Source of the DNA: Pristiophorus japonicus | Lineage: Eukaryota | Length of the DNA: 64,000 nt | NCBI RefSeq assembly: GCF_044704955.1 | Contig: NC_091979.1 | Span: forward strand, 316,448,001 to 316,512,000 | Reading direction: 5' to 3' | Part shown: positions 39,301 through 52,714 of the stretch, in pieces | How the letters are laid out: each line of letters opens with the position of its first letter | How positions within the stretch are numbered: position 1 is the first letter of the stretch | Translations under genes and position numbers: made by a program | Notes under the pieces: generated by a model | Told to the model about the DNA's origin: nothing | Seen by the model: the letters and a program-made list of their open reading frames with translations, nothing else | Database searches by the model: none

Positions 39301-42300
39301 ACAGCAGTGTGTCTTCGGGACTCAAGCTGCAACTAAGATCTGGGCCTACAGTCAACCTCAGCAGACAGCCGGGGAATTGGTGATTGTACGTTTCCAGTCA
39401 AATCATGTGCTGATGCAAATTACCCTTTCATAGGGGTTTGTATTTTGGGGTTAATCCGTCCAATAAAAATCGTAGGGATTTATACTGGGCAGTAATTGTG
39501 TGTATGTTCAATAAACGAACAAATCTTCGTTGATCCAAAACCCTGAGCCGTGTGTATTTTGTTCTTTATAAATCCTGAAGTCAAAGAACTGTGTATAATG
39601 GGGAACCAGATTTAGAAATACTTACACCCTCCCCTCTCAGAATGTTCTGCAGTCGCTCAGAGACATCCTTAACTCTGGCTACAGGGAGGCAACACTTTAT
39701 CCTGGAGTCCCGCCTGCAGCCGCAGAAATGCCTCTCTGCTCCTGTAATGATCGAATCCTCTACTACTATTACTCTCCCTCTCTCCTTTCTCCCCCCTGTA
39801 CAGCTGAGCCACCCGTGGTGCTGTGTACTTTGCTCTGGAACCCAGAGGAGCCATCGCCCTCACCAGTACTCAGAACAGAACCCAGATTGGAAAGCGAGAT
39901 GCACACAGGAGAGTCCTGCACTACATGCCTGGTCCTCCTGTTCTGTCTGGCAGTCACCCATTTCCTCCCTGGCTGCTCACTCCTAGGGTGCTGAGTGACC
40001 ATCTCCTGAAACATGCTATTCCCGAAGTTCTCAGCCTAACGGATGCACCGCAGTGATGCCCGTTGCTACTCAAGCTCCAAAACCCGGAGCTCGAGCTCCT
40101 CCAGCTGACGACACTTCCTACACATGTGTTTGTCCAGGACACGGGAAGTGTCCTGGAGTTCCCACATGGCAGAGTGTGCATACCACGGGACTGAGCTGCC
40201 CTGTCATGCCTCTATTGAGAAAATAGGAGCAATAGTAGGCCATTCGGCCCTTCCAGCCTGCACCACCATTCAATATGATCATGGCTGATCCTCTATCTCA
40301 ACACCATATTCTCGCTTTCTCCCCATGCCCCTTGATGCCTTTTGTGTCAAGTGAAGAAATTTCTCCACATCTCAGTCCGAAATTTCCTACCCTGTATCCT
40401 GAGACTGTGACCTCTTGTTCCAGACTTCCCAGCCACCGGAAAGATCCTCCCCGCATCCAGTCTGCCCAACCCCATCAGAATTTTATACGTTTCAATGAAG
40501 ACAGGCCGAGTTGACCCAATCTCTCCTCATACGACAGTCCTGCCATCCCAGGAATCAGTCTGGTGAACCTTCGCTGCACTCTCTCTATGGCAAGTATATC
40601 CTTTCTTAGGTAAGGAGCCCAAAACTGCACACAATATTCCAGGTATGGTCTCACCAAGGCTCTGTATAACTGTAGTAAGACATCCTTGCTCCTGTACTCA
40701 AATCCTCTTGCAATGAAGGCCAACATACCATTTCCCTTACTAACTGCTGACTGCACCGGCATGTTTGCTTTCAATGACTGGTGTACAAGGACACCCAGGT
40801 CTCTTTGTACATCGACATTTCCCAAGCTATCACCATTTAAATAATACTTTGTCTTTATGTTTTTTCTACCAAAGTGGATAACTTCACATTTATCCACGTT
40901 ATTCTGCATCTGCCATGTGTTTGCCCACTCACTCAACCTATCTAAATCACCTTGCAGAGTCTTTGCATCCTCCTCACAACTCACAATCCCACCTAGTTTT
41001 GTGTCGTCAGCAAACTTGGAAATATTACATTAGGTTCCCTCATTCAAATCATTTATATATATATTTTGAATAGCTGAGGCCTAAGCACGGATCCTTATGG
41101 TACCCCACTAGTCACTGCCCGCCACCCCGAAAAAGACCCGTTTATTCCTACTCTCTGTTTCCTGTCAGTTAACCAATTTTCAATCCCATGCCAGTATATT
41201 GCCCCCAATCCTATGTGCTTTAATTTTGCACACTAATGTCTTATGTGGGATTTTACCAAAGGCCTTCTGAAAATCCAAATACACTACATCCACTGGTTCT
41301 CCCTTATCTATTCTATCAGTTACATCCTCAAAAATCTCCAGTAAGTTTGTCAAACACAATTTTCCTTTCACAAATCCATGTTGATTTTGTCTAATCCTTT
41401 TGATAGTTTCTAAGTGTGCCGTTATCACATCCTACATAATAGACTCTAGCATTTTTCCTGCTACTGATGTTAGGCTAACCGGTGTGTAGTTCCCTGTTTT
41501 CTCGCTCCCTCCTTTTTTAAATAATGGGGTTACATTTGCCACCCTCCAATCTGCAGGAACTGTTCCATAATCTATAGAATTTTGGAAAATGACAACCAAT
41601 GCAGCCACTATTTCCATGGCTACCTCTTTTAGTTCTCTGGGATGCAGATTATCAGGCCCTGGGGATTTATCGGCCCTCAGTCCTAGTAGTTTCTCCAGCA
41701 CTATTTTCTTACCAATAATCATTTCCTTTAATTCCTCTTGCTCACTCGACCCTTGGTTCCCTCGCATTTCTGGGATGTTATTTGTGTCGTCTTGCGTGAA
41801 GACAGAACCAAAGTATTTATTTAATTGTTCTGCCATTTCCTTGTTCCCCATTATAAATTCTCCCGTTTCTGACTGTAAAGGATCTACATTTGTCTTCACT
41901 AATCTTTTTCTTTTTACATACTTGTAGAAACTTTTGCAGTCGGTTTTTATGTTTCTTGCAAGTTTACTCTCATACTCTATTTTTCCTTTCTTAATCAATC
42001 TCTTGGTCCTTTTTTGCTGAATTCTGAACTGCTCCCAATAATCCTCAGGCTTCCTACTTTTTCTGGCAACTTTGTATGACCCCTCTGTGAATAGAAACAT
42101 AGAAACATAGAAAGTAGATGCAGGAGTAGGCCATTCGGCCCTTCGAGCCTGCACCACCATTCAATATGATCATGGTTGATCATGCAACTTCAGTACCCCA
42201 TTCCTGCTTTCTCTCCATACCCCTTGATCCCTTTAGCCATAAGGGCCACATCTAACTCTCTTTTGAATATATCTAACAAACTGGCCTCAACAACTTTCTG

Positions 42301-43545
42301 TGGTAGAGAATTCCACAGGTTCACCACTCTCTGGGTGAAGAGGTTTCTCCTCATCTCGGTCCTAAATGGCTTAATCCTTATCCTTAGACTGTGACCCCTG
42401 GTTCTGGACTTCCTCAACATCGGGAACATTCTTCCTGCATCTAACTTGTCCAATCCTGTCAGAATTTTATATGTTTCTATGAGATCCCCCCTCATACTTC
42501 TAAATTCCAGTGAATATAAGCCTAGTCGATACAGTCTTTCTTCATATGTCAGTTCTGCCATCCCGGGAATCAAGCTGGTGAACCTTCACTGCACTCCCTC
42601 AATAGCAAGAATGTTCTTCCTCAGATTAGGAGACCAAAACTGCACACAATACTCAAGGTGTGGTTTCACCAAGACCCTGTACAACTGTAGTAAGACCTCC
42701 CTGCTCCTATACTCAAATCCCCTTGCTATGAAGGCCAGCATGCCATTTGCCTTCTTTACTGCCTGCTGTACCTGCATGCCGACCTTCAGTGACTGATGTA
42801 CCATGATACCCAGGTCTCGTTGCACCTACCCTTTTCTTAATCTGTCACCATTCAGATATTATTCTGCCTTCCTGTTTTTGCAACCAAAGTGGATAACCTC
42901 ACTTATTACTATCCTTAATTTCTTTTGCTAGCCATGGTCGGGCCACTTTTCCTTTTGTGTTTTTGCACCAGAAAGGAATGTATAACTGTTGCATTTCATG
43001 CATTCGTTCCTTAAATGTTAGATATTGCCTATCCACCATCATGCCTTTTAATGAATCTTCTCAATCTATCATAGCCAATTCATTCCTCATACCTTCGTAG
43101 TTTCCTGTGTTTAGATTTAGGATACTTGTTTTGGATTGGACTACTTCACTTTCTATCTTAATAAAGAATTCTATCATGTTATGGTCACTCTTCCCTGAAG
43201 GACCGCGCGCAACAAGACTATTAATTAATGTCATCTCATTGCAGAATATTCAATCTAGGATAGCCTGTTCCCTCATAGACTGCTCAACATACTGGTCTAA
43301 AAAACCATCTTGTACAGACATATTTAATAGACTATGAACTAACCTGGGAGAAATAAACTTTAAATTTAAAAAAAACACTCACCAGCTACTCACCTTTGTG
43401 CCGATGTCATTTTGGCTTTTTTACTCTGACGTCACTATTTCAAATTCAGCCTGTGTTGAGTTGCTCAGCACTCGCTCTCGCTCTCGCTCTGGTCCGCCTC
43501 AGCTCCAATCATTTACCAGCTGTCCTGTGATGTCACTGCTGGATT
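36381..43545 (-). mobile_element. Duplicated nested TE block (CR1 fragments; MITE 37426-38269; LTR-like 38637-39598)
   Basis: Colinear with 12619-19860. Confidence 0.8.
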
Positions 43546-43547
43546 TT

Positions 43548-43711
43548 TCTCCTCTCTGCTCCTCCAATGCTGCTGCTGATTAGGTTTACGCTGGTCTCTC
43601 CTCTGCTGATCAAATCTTGTCCCTCCCCCAATGCTGCTGCTGATTAGGTCTACACTGGTCTCTCCTCTGCTGTTTAAATCTTGCCTCTCCTCCAATGCTG
43701 CTGCTGATTAG
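43548..43711. repeat. 64-bp minisatellite, ~2.5 units
   Basis: gattag at 43578, 43642 and 43706. Confidence 0.9.
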
Positions 43712-43846
43712 AATTTAACTCACAAAACTAACATTAACTAGTTCAGAATGTATTAGCATTTACACTATCAACCTCCAATGAGGATCTGCATGAGCTATTG
43801 AGTGAATGAATTAATTCTTGACAATTATGAAAGAGGAAGTCAGACA

Positions 43847-43936
43847 TAGACATAGAAACATAGAAAATAGGTGCAGGAGTAGGCCATTCGGCCCTTCTAG
43901 CCTGCACCGCCATTCAATGAGTTCATGGCTGAACAT
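43847..43936 (-). mobile_element. 90-bp CR1 3' tip replacing 1.46 kb present in unit 1
   Basis: tagacatagaaacatagaaaataggtgcaggagtaggcc..., between flanks matching 20473 and 21937. Confidence 0.8.
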
Positions 43937-44801
43937 GCAGCACAAAGTTGACTTGCTGCCTGCATTGCAATTAACAGCCACAGGTTAATCGCACTTCATG
44001 ATCCCTGCATCCATCTTTTATGAATGGGAAATCGTGTTTGACAAATCTGTTTTGAGTTTTTTGAAGATGTAACTTGCAGGATGGATAAGGGGAAAACCAG
44101 TGGGTGTAGTGTATTTGGATTTTCAAAAAACATTCGATAAGGTGTCACACAAGAGGTTATTACACAAAATTACGTCTCATGGTATTGGGGGTAATATATT
44201 AGCATGGATTGAAACTGGTTAATGGACAGAAAACAGAGAGTAGGAATAAACAAGAATGTTTAAGTTTGGCAGGCTGTGACTAGAGGGATACCTCAAGGTT
44301 CAGTGTTTGGGCCTCAGCTACTTACAATCTATATTAATGACTTCGATGAAGGGACGGTGTAAAACGTATCCAACTTTGCTGATGATACAAAGTTAGGTGG
44401 GAAAGCAAGCTGAGAGGAGCACACAAAGAGGCTGCAGAGAGATAAAGGCCCCTCTTTTCTATTTGCTGGATTTTTGGTGCCCACACATGTTAATGTATGA
44501 TTTTTTTCTGTGCGTTTGCGGCAGAGAAAAAAAATTGGGACTTTCGTCAAAGAAATATTTGAATTGGTGCAACGCTCTCCGAAGTTAGTTTGGGGCGGAG
44601 CTACAAGTCTACGGTAAAAACTCTCTGGGCATGCGCGAAAAGCTGAAGTTGCCAGGACAACCAGAGACGCTGATGCAAGCTGAAACCCACTCCCCTGAAA
44701 GGACTGCTCCCCACCGGCGGGACCCGCTGCAATCTCCGGCCGAATGGCCCTCCGGCTCCTGAACTTCAACTCGCAGGGTGACCGGGGGGGCCATTCAGTC
44801 C

Positions 44802-45240
44802 GGGATTGTAGTGGGTCCAGCCGGTGAGGAACAGTCCTTTCGGGGGGATTGTAGTGGGTCCAGCCAGTGAGGAACAGTCCTTTCAGGGGATTGTAGTGGG
44901 TCCAGCCGGTGGGGAACAGTCCTTTCGGGGGGATTGTACTGGGTCCAGCCGGTGGGGAAAAGTCCTTTCAGGGGATTGTACTGGGTCCAGCCGGTGGGGA
45001 AAAGTCCTTTCGGGAGATTGTAGTGGGTCCAGCCAGTGGGGAAAAGTCCTTTCGGGAGATTGTAGTGGGTCCAGCCGGTGGGGAAAAGTCCTTTCGGGAG
45101 ATTGTAGTGGGTCCAGCCGGTGAGGAACAGTCCTTTCGGGAGATTGTAGTGGGTCCAGCCGGTGGGGAAAAGTCCTTTCGGGAGATTGTAGTGGGTCCAG
45201 CCAGTGGGGAACAGTCCTTTCGGCCGGGGATTGTAGCGGG
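44802..45240. repeat. 42-bp minisatellite, ~10 full units plus a partial one
   Basis: Same unit as the 22802 array, counted directly. Confidence 0.95.
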
Positions 45241-47485
45241 AGGAGCAGTCCTTTTGACCGGAAATGTTCTTCCCTTGCTCCAAAAAGAGTTCCCCGTGAA
45301 AAAAAGATAATTTGTTTTAACACAATTGAAAAATTGAAAGATATAAAATTCTTACGGGGCTTGACAGGGTTAATGCTGGGGGGTTAATGCTGGGTAAATG
45401 TTTTCCCTGTCTGGGGAATTTAGAACACAGGGTCACAGTCACAGAATAAGGGATAGGCAATTTAGGACTGAGATGAGGAGAAATGTCTTCACTCAAAGGG
45501 GTGTGAACCTTGGCAATTCTCTACCCCAGAGAGCTGTGGATGCTCAGTCGTTGAGTATATTCAAGACAGAGGCCGATAAAATTTTGGGAACAAAGGGAAT
45601 TAAAGGATATGGGGATAGTGCGGGAAGGTGGAATTGAGGTACATCAGTCATGATCTCATTGAATGGCGGAGCAGGCTCGAAGGGCCAAATGGCCTCCTCC
45701 TGCTCTGATTTTGAATGTTCTTATGTCTTCGGGGCTGTCCAATTTAGCCCCCCCCCCCCTCCGCCCTCCCACACACAGGTGTCTGTGCAGCCCCTCCAAT
45801 ACCTTAAAACTAGTTTCCAGCATTGCACAGACCTGGGACAATACCTCCACAGAAAAGCTGAACCCTTCCAGGGGCTGCTTTTCCAATAGGTCTAAATATG
45901 ATGTGAGGCGTCTGCAGCCTCTCCCAATGTTAGATTCTTCCATTGTCCCATTCCTCTGGATCTTCCCAACCATTCCTCCCTCACCTTTCTCTAATAGCAC
46001 TGTGGCTACAGCTAGCAGTGTAAGGGCCATGTTTCACTCCACAATCAACAGCTGTTTAGTTTACTGCCTGTGTTAAAGGCTGGTCTGAATGTTCCTTACA
46101 GAGCTGGTACAGTTCACCATCACAAAGTGTGGATTATGAGTGACACTTACTGTCAGCATTAGCGCAGATCAATGACACAAATAAAATTGTAGTTGTAGTA
46201 TCTTTTTATTGGTTATTTTAACACTCAATCTCTGATATTACAGCAAATTAACATTTCTCATTGGGAAATCTGTATCTGCAACTATAAAGCTTTATTATTT
46301 TTCATCATTTTAACTTATTTTTTATATCCCTTAGCCGTGGTGGAAATTAACCGCTTCCATTGAAGAGGCAGGAAATCAGGGAGCTGCGGGCGGCTCGTTA
46401 CAGGGAGAGAGAGAACATAATCTTTCTTCAGGCGTGATACCAGCCATCCCGTTTTAACAATGTCAGTGACTGAGGCTCCTTGTCAGCAGTGGGATGAATA
46501 AAATTAAGCCCACATTATTCTGAAGGAGCACTGGCACTCATCCTGTCCCCCACCAAAAAATAATTCATCTCTTATTCGGGACTCTGATGCTGTCCCGCCA
46601 GGTTTTATTGAGCAAAGGGCCCGCGGTTGTTGCTTCACCCGACAGGCTGTTGTTCCCCATCCATTGAAGAGGCTGCAAATCAGGGAGCTGCGGGCGGCTC
46701 GTTACACAGAGAGAGAGAGAAATTAATCTTTCTTCAGGCATGATACCGGCCATCCCGTGTAGCAGGGAAATTGCACAATCCGGGTGAAATCGGCCGAACC
46801 AGTGTAAAAGATCGCAGAAACTCGAGCATAAGTTCTGTCAAGCATCAACCGAGATTTCCGGGATCTTTAACCCTGGTTTAAAAAGCTTTCTGTCCGAAGC
46901 TGGCGCCGCCCACAAAACTGGCCACACCCCCAGATAGAAATAACAAGGATGGTGAGTTTCCGCCCATTGCGTCCATTTGCAACCTTTCGAGGAGCGTTTT
47001 CAAATTGAGCTGGTTTTCTGAGGTGCCCAGGCACTAGTAGGCACAATTTAATAGGTTTTACATCTTAAAAATATTTAAATTATTAAAAGTCTGACTAGTG
47101 TACAACAATAAAACTTATAACTGGTTCAGTGTAGATTTTAAAGCCATTTTCATCATCTTAAATCAGGTAAAGCACAGCTGAAAGACTGACTAAAAATATT
47201 AAATTTTGCAGGTTACATCCATTTTCAGCTGTATCAATAAAGCTGCACCAATTGCCACTCTTAAATATATCAATGAATATTTTGAATGCAAAAAATAACT
47301 GATTATATTCTGTTACACTGACTGACTGCACTGGTTCTTGGAAGATTTTACGTTTCTGATTAAGCAAATGCATTTAGTGGAAACTTAAACTGTAAGCTAA
47401 CCAGCGTAACTTCAAGTGCAATTTGCACCCAAAGCAGAAACTCTACCCGCTGTGTTTAGTTTTAGCTTGGAGAGTCGTCGTTGAT

Positions 47486-48938
47486 TTAGATAGAAAGACG
47501 TAATTCACAAAGAGCACTTAGATATTCTTCATTGTCACAATCAAACTCCAAGGCCTTTTCAAAGCACTCAATAGCTTCACACTTCTCCCCATCCAGCTGG
47601 TGCAGTAACCCAAGAACACCAAAGGCCTTGCTGTCTCTGGGATTCCTGTCAATTTGTTTTGTTGCAATCTTTCTCAAGTTTTCGCGACACAATTGCCATT
47701 CCACTGTGTCACGTTGGATTTTAAGTCCTTCCAGAAAATAGCTGATGGCATTTGATTCAGATCTTTTGTGATGCAGTTCAAATAACCCAAACTGCACATT
47801 TACTGCCTGCTTATTATCAGGATGAATATCCTCTAATTTCAGTAGATTACTGTAAATCTCCTCTGCTTTGAGATATTCTCCATTTAATGAACAGATTCCT
47901 GCAAAATCCAGTTGTGCAAAAATAAATGTTAATGGGCGGGGCTCAAATGCCTTTTCAAAATGGTACTTGCATAGTTTGATCAACTCAGCTTTCTGTTGAA
48001 AAGCAGCATTGCGAGGGTCTTTGCTGCTTGGATATTTGATCAGTTGAAATAGTTTTTTTCTGTAACACAGACCTATTTGGTGGTGTATGAAGGTAGAGTT
48101 TGGGGTAATTTCTAATGCTTTCTTCAATAGCTCCACAGCTTTTTCCACATCTCCTTCTCTTCTGTAAAATTTTGCTGCATAACGAGTTACATATAGAAGA
48201 TCAGGGGACTTCTGCAATGCTTGTTCAACTAATTTCAGTGCTTCCTCATTTTGATTGAACTCTTGTAGTTTTAGAGCCAACATCACCATGGCTACAGAGT
48301 CATCTGGATCAAGTTCCAGCACACGTCGCAACTGCTTCACTGATTGGCTGCGGTCACCACTCTCTGGGGTACCAGAAAACCCTTCCAGACGGAACAGAGC
48401 AGTCGCATAGCCAACGTTCCATTCAGTGTCATCAGGATCTTCCTCCAGAGCCTTCTCAAAACATTCCTTTGCCTCTTCATAATATTTCCTGGAAGATTTC
48501 AACAGTGACCAACCCTTCTCCCCGTATACTTCAGGTATCAGTGCTGTATACCGAGAGCCATCAGTAAATTGTTTACAGATCATCTCCAGCTTGTCGAGGT
48601 AGGACTGGGCCTCTGTCAGTTGGCCCATGTGATAATATACCCAGGCATAGTTTCCATAGGTGATGATGCTTCTTCTTTCAAATTCATGTTCATGGTTCTC
48701 CCTCAGAATCTTTTCAGCTTCCTTTAAGTTTTGAATTGCCTCTTCACAGTTGCCTTGCAGACAGTTTACAAAAGCGAGGTGGTTGTAAGACCTGGCCTGA
48801 TATTTCACACCAGCCTGTATTGAATCTTGCAATCTATACTTCATGTCGTCCAAGTCAATGTTTTCTTTCTGTGGACCCCACGTGAATTGACATTGAAGCT
48901 GATCGAGCTTCACTTTCAACAAATCCTTCTGTGTGTTG
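47486..48938 (-). CDS. IFIT5: IFIT5-like protein, copy 3, coding exon 2
   Basis: Intact ORF with 18 aa differences from copy 1, including CHFTW>CQFTW. Acceptor AG at 48940-48939. Confidence 0.93.
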
Positions 48939-49480
48939 CTGCAAGAGAACAAAATTCATCAAAACCCATCTCAGACTGGCTGTGTCACCCCCTCCCCTCT
49001 CTCCGGTTTCTTTAACTAAAGCCTTCTCCCGACTCCTGGACCCACTGACCATGAAATCTCTGGTCACACAAAGGTGACCTCTGCAAAAACCACTGCAAAA
49101 GGAAAAGGTATGACTGCAAATCTCAGCTGTACTTACACTGGTCTCCTTCATGCTGGCTGATGTACCAGCTCCTGGACATTTAGTCTTCTCACCCAATGTG
49201 CAGCATCGCCTCAAACACCTCCACTCCCAATGATATGAACAGGAACATTGGTTGAAGTACTCAGTCTGCCTGTTGGTTCACCCATTACATCTCCTTCTCA
49301 TTCCATGCATTCCATTCTGAAATGGGAGTTCCTCACTAAAAAGGTCAGAGCTCATTCTAAAACACTCTCCCTCTCACATTGGCAGTCCAGGTAACTCTCC
49401 ACTAAACAGATCATCAACCTGGTCCTCCACAGGGACCCTGCTGTCTGTGAGCAGGTCATTCCCCACCCCAACATGCGGAA

Positions 49481-49860
49481 GGAGAACCTAGAGGTCTTTA
49501 AAATTATGAAAGGTTATGATAGAGTAGACCCAGAGAAAGTGTTTCCACTGTGAGGAGGAGCAAAACTAGAGGCCATCAGTGTAAGATAGACACCAAGAAA
49601 TCAAATAGGGAATTCAAAAGAAACTTCTTTACCCAGAGAGCGGTGAGAATGTGGAACTCGCGACCATAGGGAGTGGTTGAAGTAAATAGTATCGATGCAT
49701 TTAAGGGGAGACTGGATAAGCATATGAGGGAGAAGGGATTAGAGGGTTATGCAGATAGAATTAGCTGAGGAAAGACAGGAGGAGGCTCGAGTGGAGCATA
49801 AACCAGCATGGACTGGCTGGGCTGAATGGCCGGTTTCTGTGCTGTGTATCCTATGTAACA
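49481..49860 (+). mobile_element. CR1 3' end specific to the copy 3 intron
   Basis: agaggtctttaaaattatgaaagg...agaggccat...ctatgtaac; absent at the homologous site (~7363) of copy 1. Confidence 0.7.
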
Positions 49861-51304
49861 CTCTCTAATCCCATCCTTAAAGCAGAAAAGAAGGCCCAAC
49901 ACAAAGATATCAGCATTCTGAAAGACCATGTTTCATGAACTGACTCTTACCCTGCTGAAAATCTTCCACCATGCCATCCTCCAGATGGGATGTTAAACCA
50001 AGGCAGCCTCTGCCTATTCCAGTGGATCAAGTGGACCTCATAGATTCTATGGCATTATCCATGAATTCTGTGTTCCTCTAACTTGGGCTCGTGTCCTTCC
50101 CCCACTTCACCCACTGGTGGTGGCCGAGCCATCAGCCCAGACAGGCCCGATACTCTGGAATTCCCTCGCTGAACCTCTCCACCTCACTCTCCTCCTTTAC
50201 AATCTCCTATCTCTTTGACTAAGCTTTTGTCATCGCTCTAATCATCCTCTTCTTTGCCTCGGTGTCCATTGTTGTCTGATTACGTTGCTGTGAAGCACCG
50301 TGGGATGTTTTACTCGGTGAAAAGTGCTATATAAATGCCAGTTGCTGTTGTTGTGTAAACTGAGTTGTCACATTTCCCGAGAAAACAACAGTGACTGCAC
50401 TGCAAAATAATTCACTGAATGTGAAGCACTTTGGGACATTTCTGAGAGGTGTGATAAGGTGTTACATCAACAAAAATTCTTTCTTCCTTGCTGTTAAACT
50501 CACGTCGATACACTTCATCCCCCAGCCATCCCAGCTTCTCCTTGCACTCTACTCCGCCGGCCTCTTGTTCCTGTTGGCTCTCGTCTCCCTCCCCCCACAA
50601 TCCAAGCTGTCATTCTTACCCCTGCCCCAGTTCATGGTGGCTTTCCTCCCTTTGCTGCTCCGTTCAAACTGCTGCACCTGTCCTTTCCCCCAGTTCATGT
50701 CAGCACTCTTCTCCCCCCGCTCCCATTCTCAATGTAAGTCAGCACTTTTCCTTCTCCTACACACTTTAAGCTGGCACTCTCCTCCTGCATTTCATGCTGT
50801 GTCCATCCCCCCATCCCAGTCCATGCTGTACTCTCCCTTTGCTTTATAGTTCAGGTTGCTTTAGTTTGGATATATGAAAGTGCTGGAAATCACTATTTTA
50901 CATTAGTAGATCCCTTCTAGATTCCCATGGAACACAAAGTGAAACTTTCTTTCTTCAAACTCTGGATATGACCTGAGGGCACTTACAGAATACGCCTTTC
51001 CACCACAGTATAATATTCAAGTTTAACTTTGTACTTTCAACAGAGCCCAGTCAAAAGTAATGTAAATTGTTGTTTGAGTTATAATCCTATGAACAGGTCT
51101 GCCTTTTGCCTCATGTTTACTGACTATCACCAGTCTTGGTGCAGCAGTGTTCCCTTATCTGTGTGTCTCACTGTGAGCCACTAATCCCAGCTCTCTGCAT
51201 TTCAACTGCTTTGTAATGTAAGCTACTTTATTTCTGAAAACTAGTTGCTTGTTCGATAGTCTACACGTAAATTTAAATAAAGGAGGAATTCCAATGACCG
51301 TTAC

Positions 51305-51309
51305 CTCAT
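51305..51309 (-). CDS. IFIT5: IFIT copy 3 coding micro-exon 1 (ATGAG)
   Basis: ATGAG|GTAACG; intron 2366 nt versus ~6160 nt in copies 1 and 2. Confidence 0.82.
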
Positions 51310-51414
51310 AGTGCTGATCGATGGACAATGCGTTGAATTCCCTTTTCAGCTCCAACTGTACTTCCAATGGAGAGTTGATCGAGAAATGTGTTTGTTGTGT
51401 GGTTTTCCAGCTCA

Positions 51415-51490
51415 TTTATACTGTCCAATCATTGATCGCTATGAATCATTGTCTGAATGTGAATAGAAACTAAATGTAGAAAACGAAACT
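51415..51490 (-). promoter_or_regulatory. IFIT copy 3 TATA box and ISRE motifs
   Basis: TATAAA at 51420-51415; GAATAGAAACT at 51461-51471; GAAAACGAAACT at 51479-51490. Confidence 0.8.
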
Positions 51491-51859
51491 AAGAACCAAT
51501 GTGTTTATCCAAGAAATAGAGGTGCCAGCAGAGTAACATTGTGTGCTGTCACAGAATTCTATGGAATCTATTATCAACATCGGATGGTTTCATAACAGAA
51601 AAAGACCACTTGGCCCAAACGGCCCAACTCTGCCTGCTCACCATTTCCCTCAGTCTCCTCTAGTTGTCTTCTGAACCCACTTATATTATAGGCTCCAATG
51701 ACATTTCACTGATCACTTGCTCCATCTTTCTCTTGCCCTTTATAAGGCTGCAACCAGTTACTTTGCTGGAAGAATGGCTGAGGCACAGGCAACTTTGAGG
51801 GCGTCAGTATTGGAATGGCTCTGATTTTCTGAGATGAATCCATGGTGAAGTGAGGGCTG

Positions 51860-52400
51860 GAAGAGCAAGATTGTTGGACATTGAGGGCAGGAGATCCCAT
51901 TGAGGGTGGTGTCGGCTGTCTGGGGTGAGATGGCAGAAATAGTCAGTGCTGCCTTCACACAGTGGTGGAGGAGGTTCAATGACCTCATAAGGGTAGCTAA
52001 TTCAAGTCAAGTTATTCATACAATATACATCCTCTATCACTCAGAACCTCACTCACATCTATCCCTCTCATACTCTTTATCAGAATCTGGGTGTCAGAGG
52101 AACTCACTTCTGAAAAGGGAAACCTCCAAACACTCAAGCACCTTCTTTGTTCAAATCTACTGTCCCAACTCACGTTGCCTGCCACACAGGCTACAACTAG
52201 TCTACAAGGTCACATCACTTGAAGGAATAATGTACCTGCTTATCTCAGCATCATGGGATACACACATTCATATTGGGGAAAGTTTGTACACCTTTCACAT
52301 ACTGTTAACATTGTAGGAAATACAACCAGAGCTAAAGAAATAGAACCGAGGGAAGGAGCAGCAGATCCTGAGCACACATGAAGAGGAGATGTCTTACATC
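51860..52400 (+). pseudogene. Second decayed Myb/SANT-like (Harbinger-type) fragment
   Basis: VWGEMAEIVSAAFTQWWRRFNDLIRVA resembles the W..IA..VSA...QC.KKFNDL motif. Confidence 0.4.
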
Positions 52401-52714
52401 GTGGGCAAGGAGACAGGAGAACCTGTGCAAAGGGTGAAATTGGAGGCACGATGGCAGCAGAAGGTTGGAAAAAGTTGGGAAATTCTCATCATAGGTAGTC
52501 TCAGATTTATTTGCTTTCTCAAAGCAGCTCAACAACAGTACACTCAGCAATTACTGCTTTAAGGGGGAATGTCACCGTGCGTGCGGTTAAACAAGCTTTT
52601 CTTTGTTTCACATCAGAGGGAATGCATTCAGTCAAGGAGCCAGCCATGATGATCATCACCCATGCACTTCCGCTGGAGATTAGCTGCTGGAACCACAGCC
52701 ACATCTGCTGTCAC

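Larger units (their letters stand above)
24064..45895. repeat. Tandem segmental duplicate (unit 2) of positions 1-24063
   Basis: Colinear at offset ~23760 with the same TEs. Differs by a ~304-bp deletion, a ~77-bp deletion, a 1.46-kb replacement and VNTR copy numbers. Confidence 0.95.
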
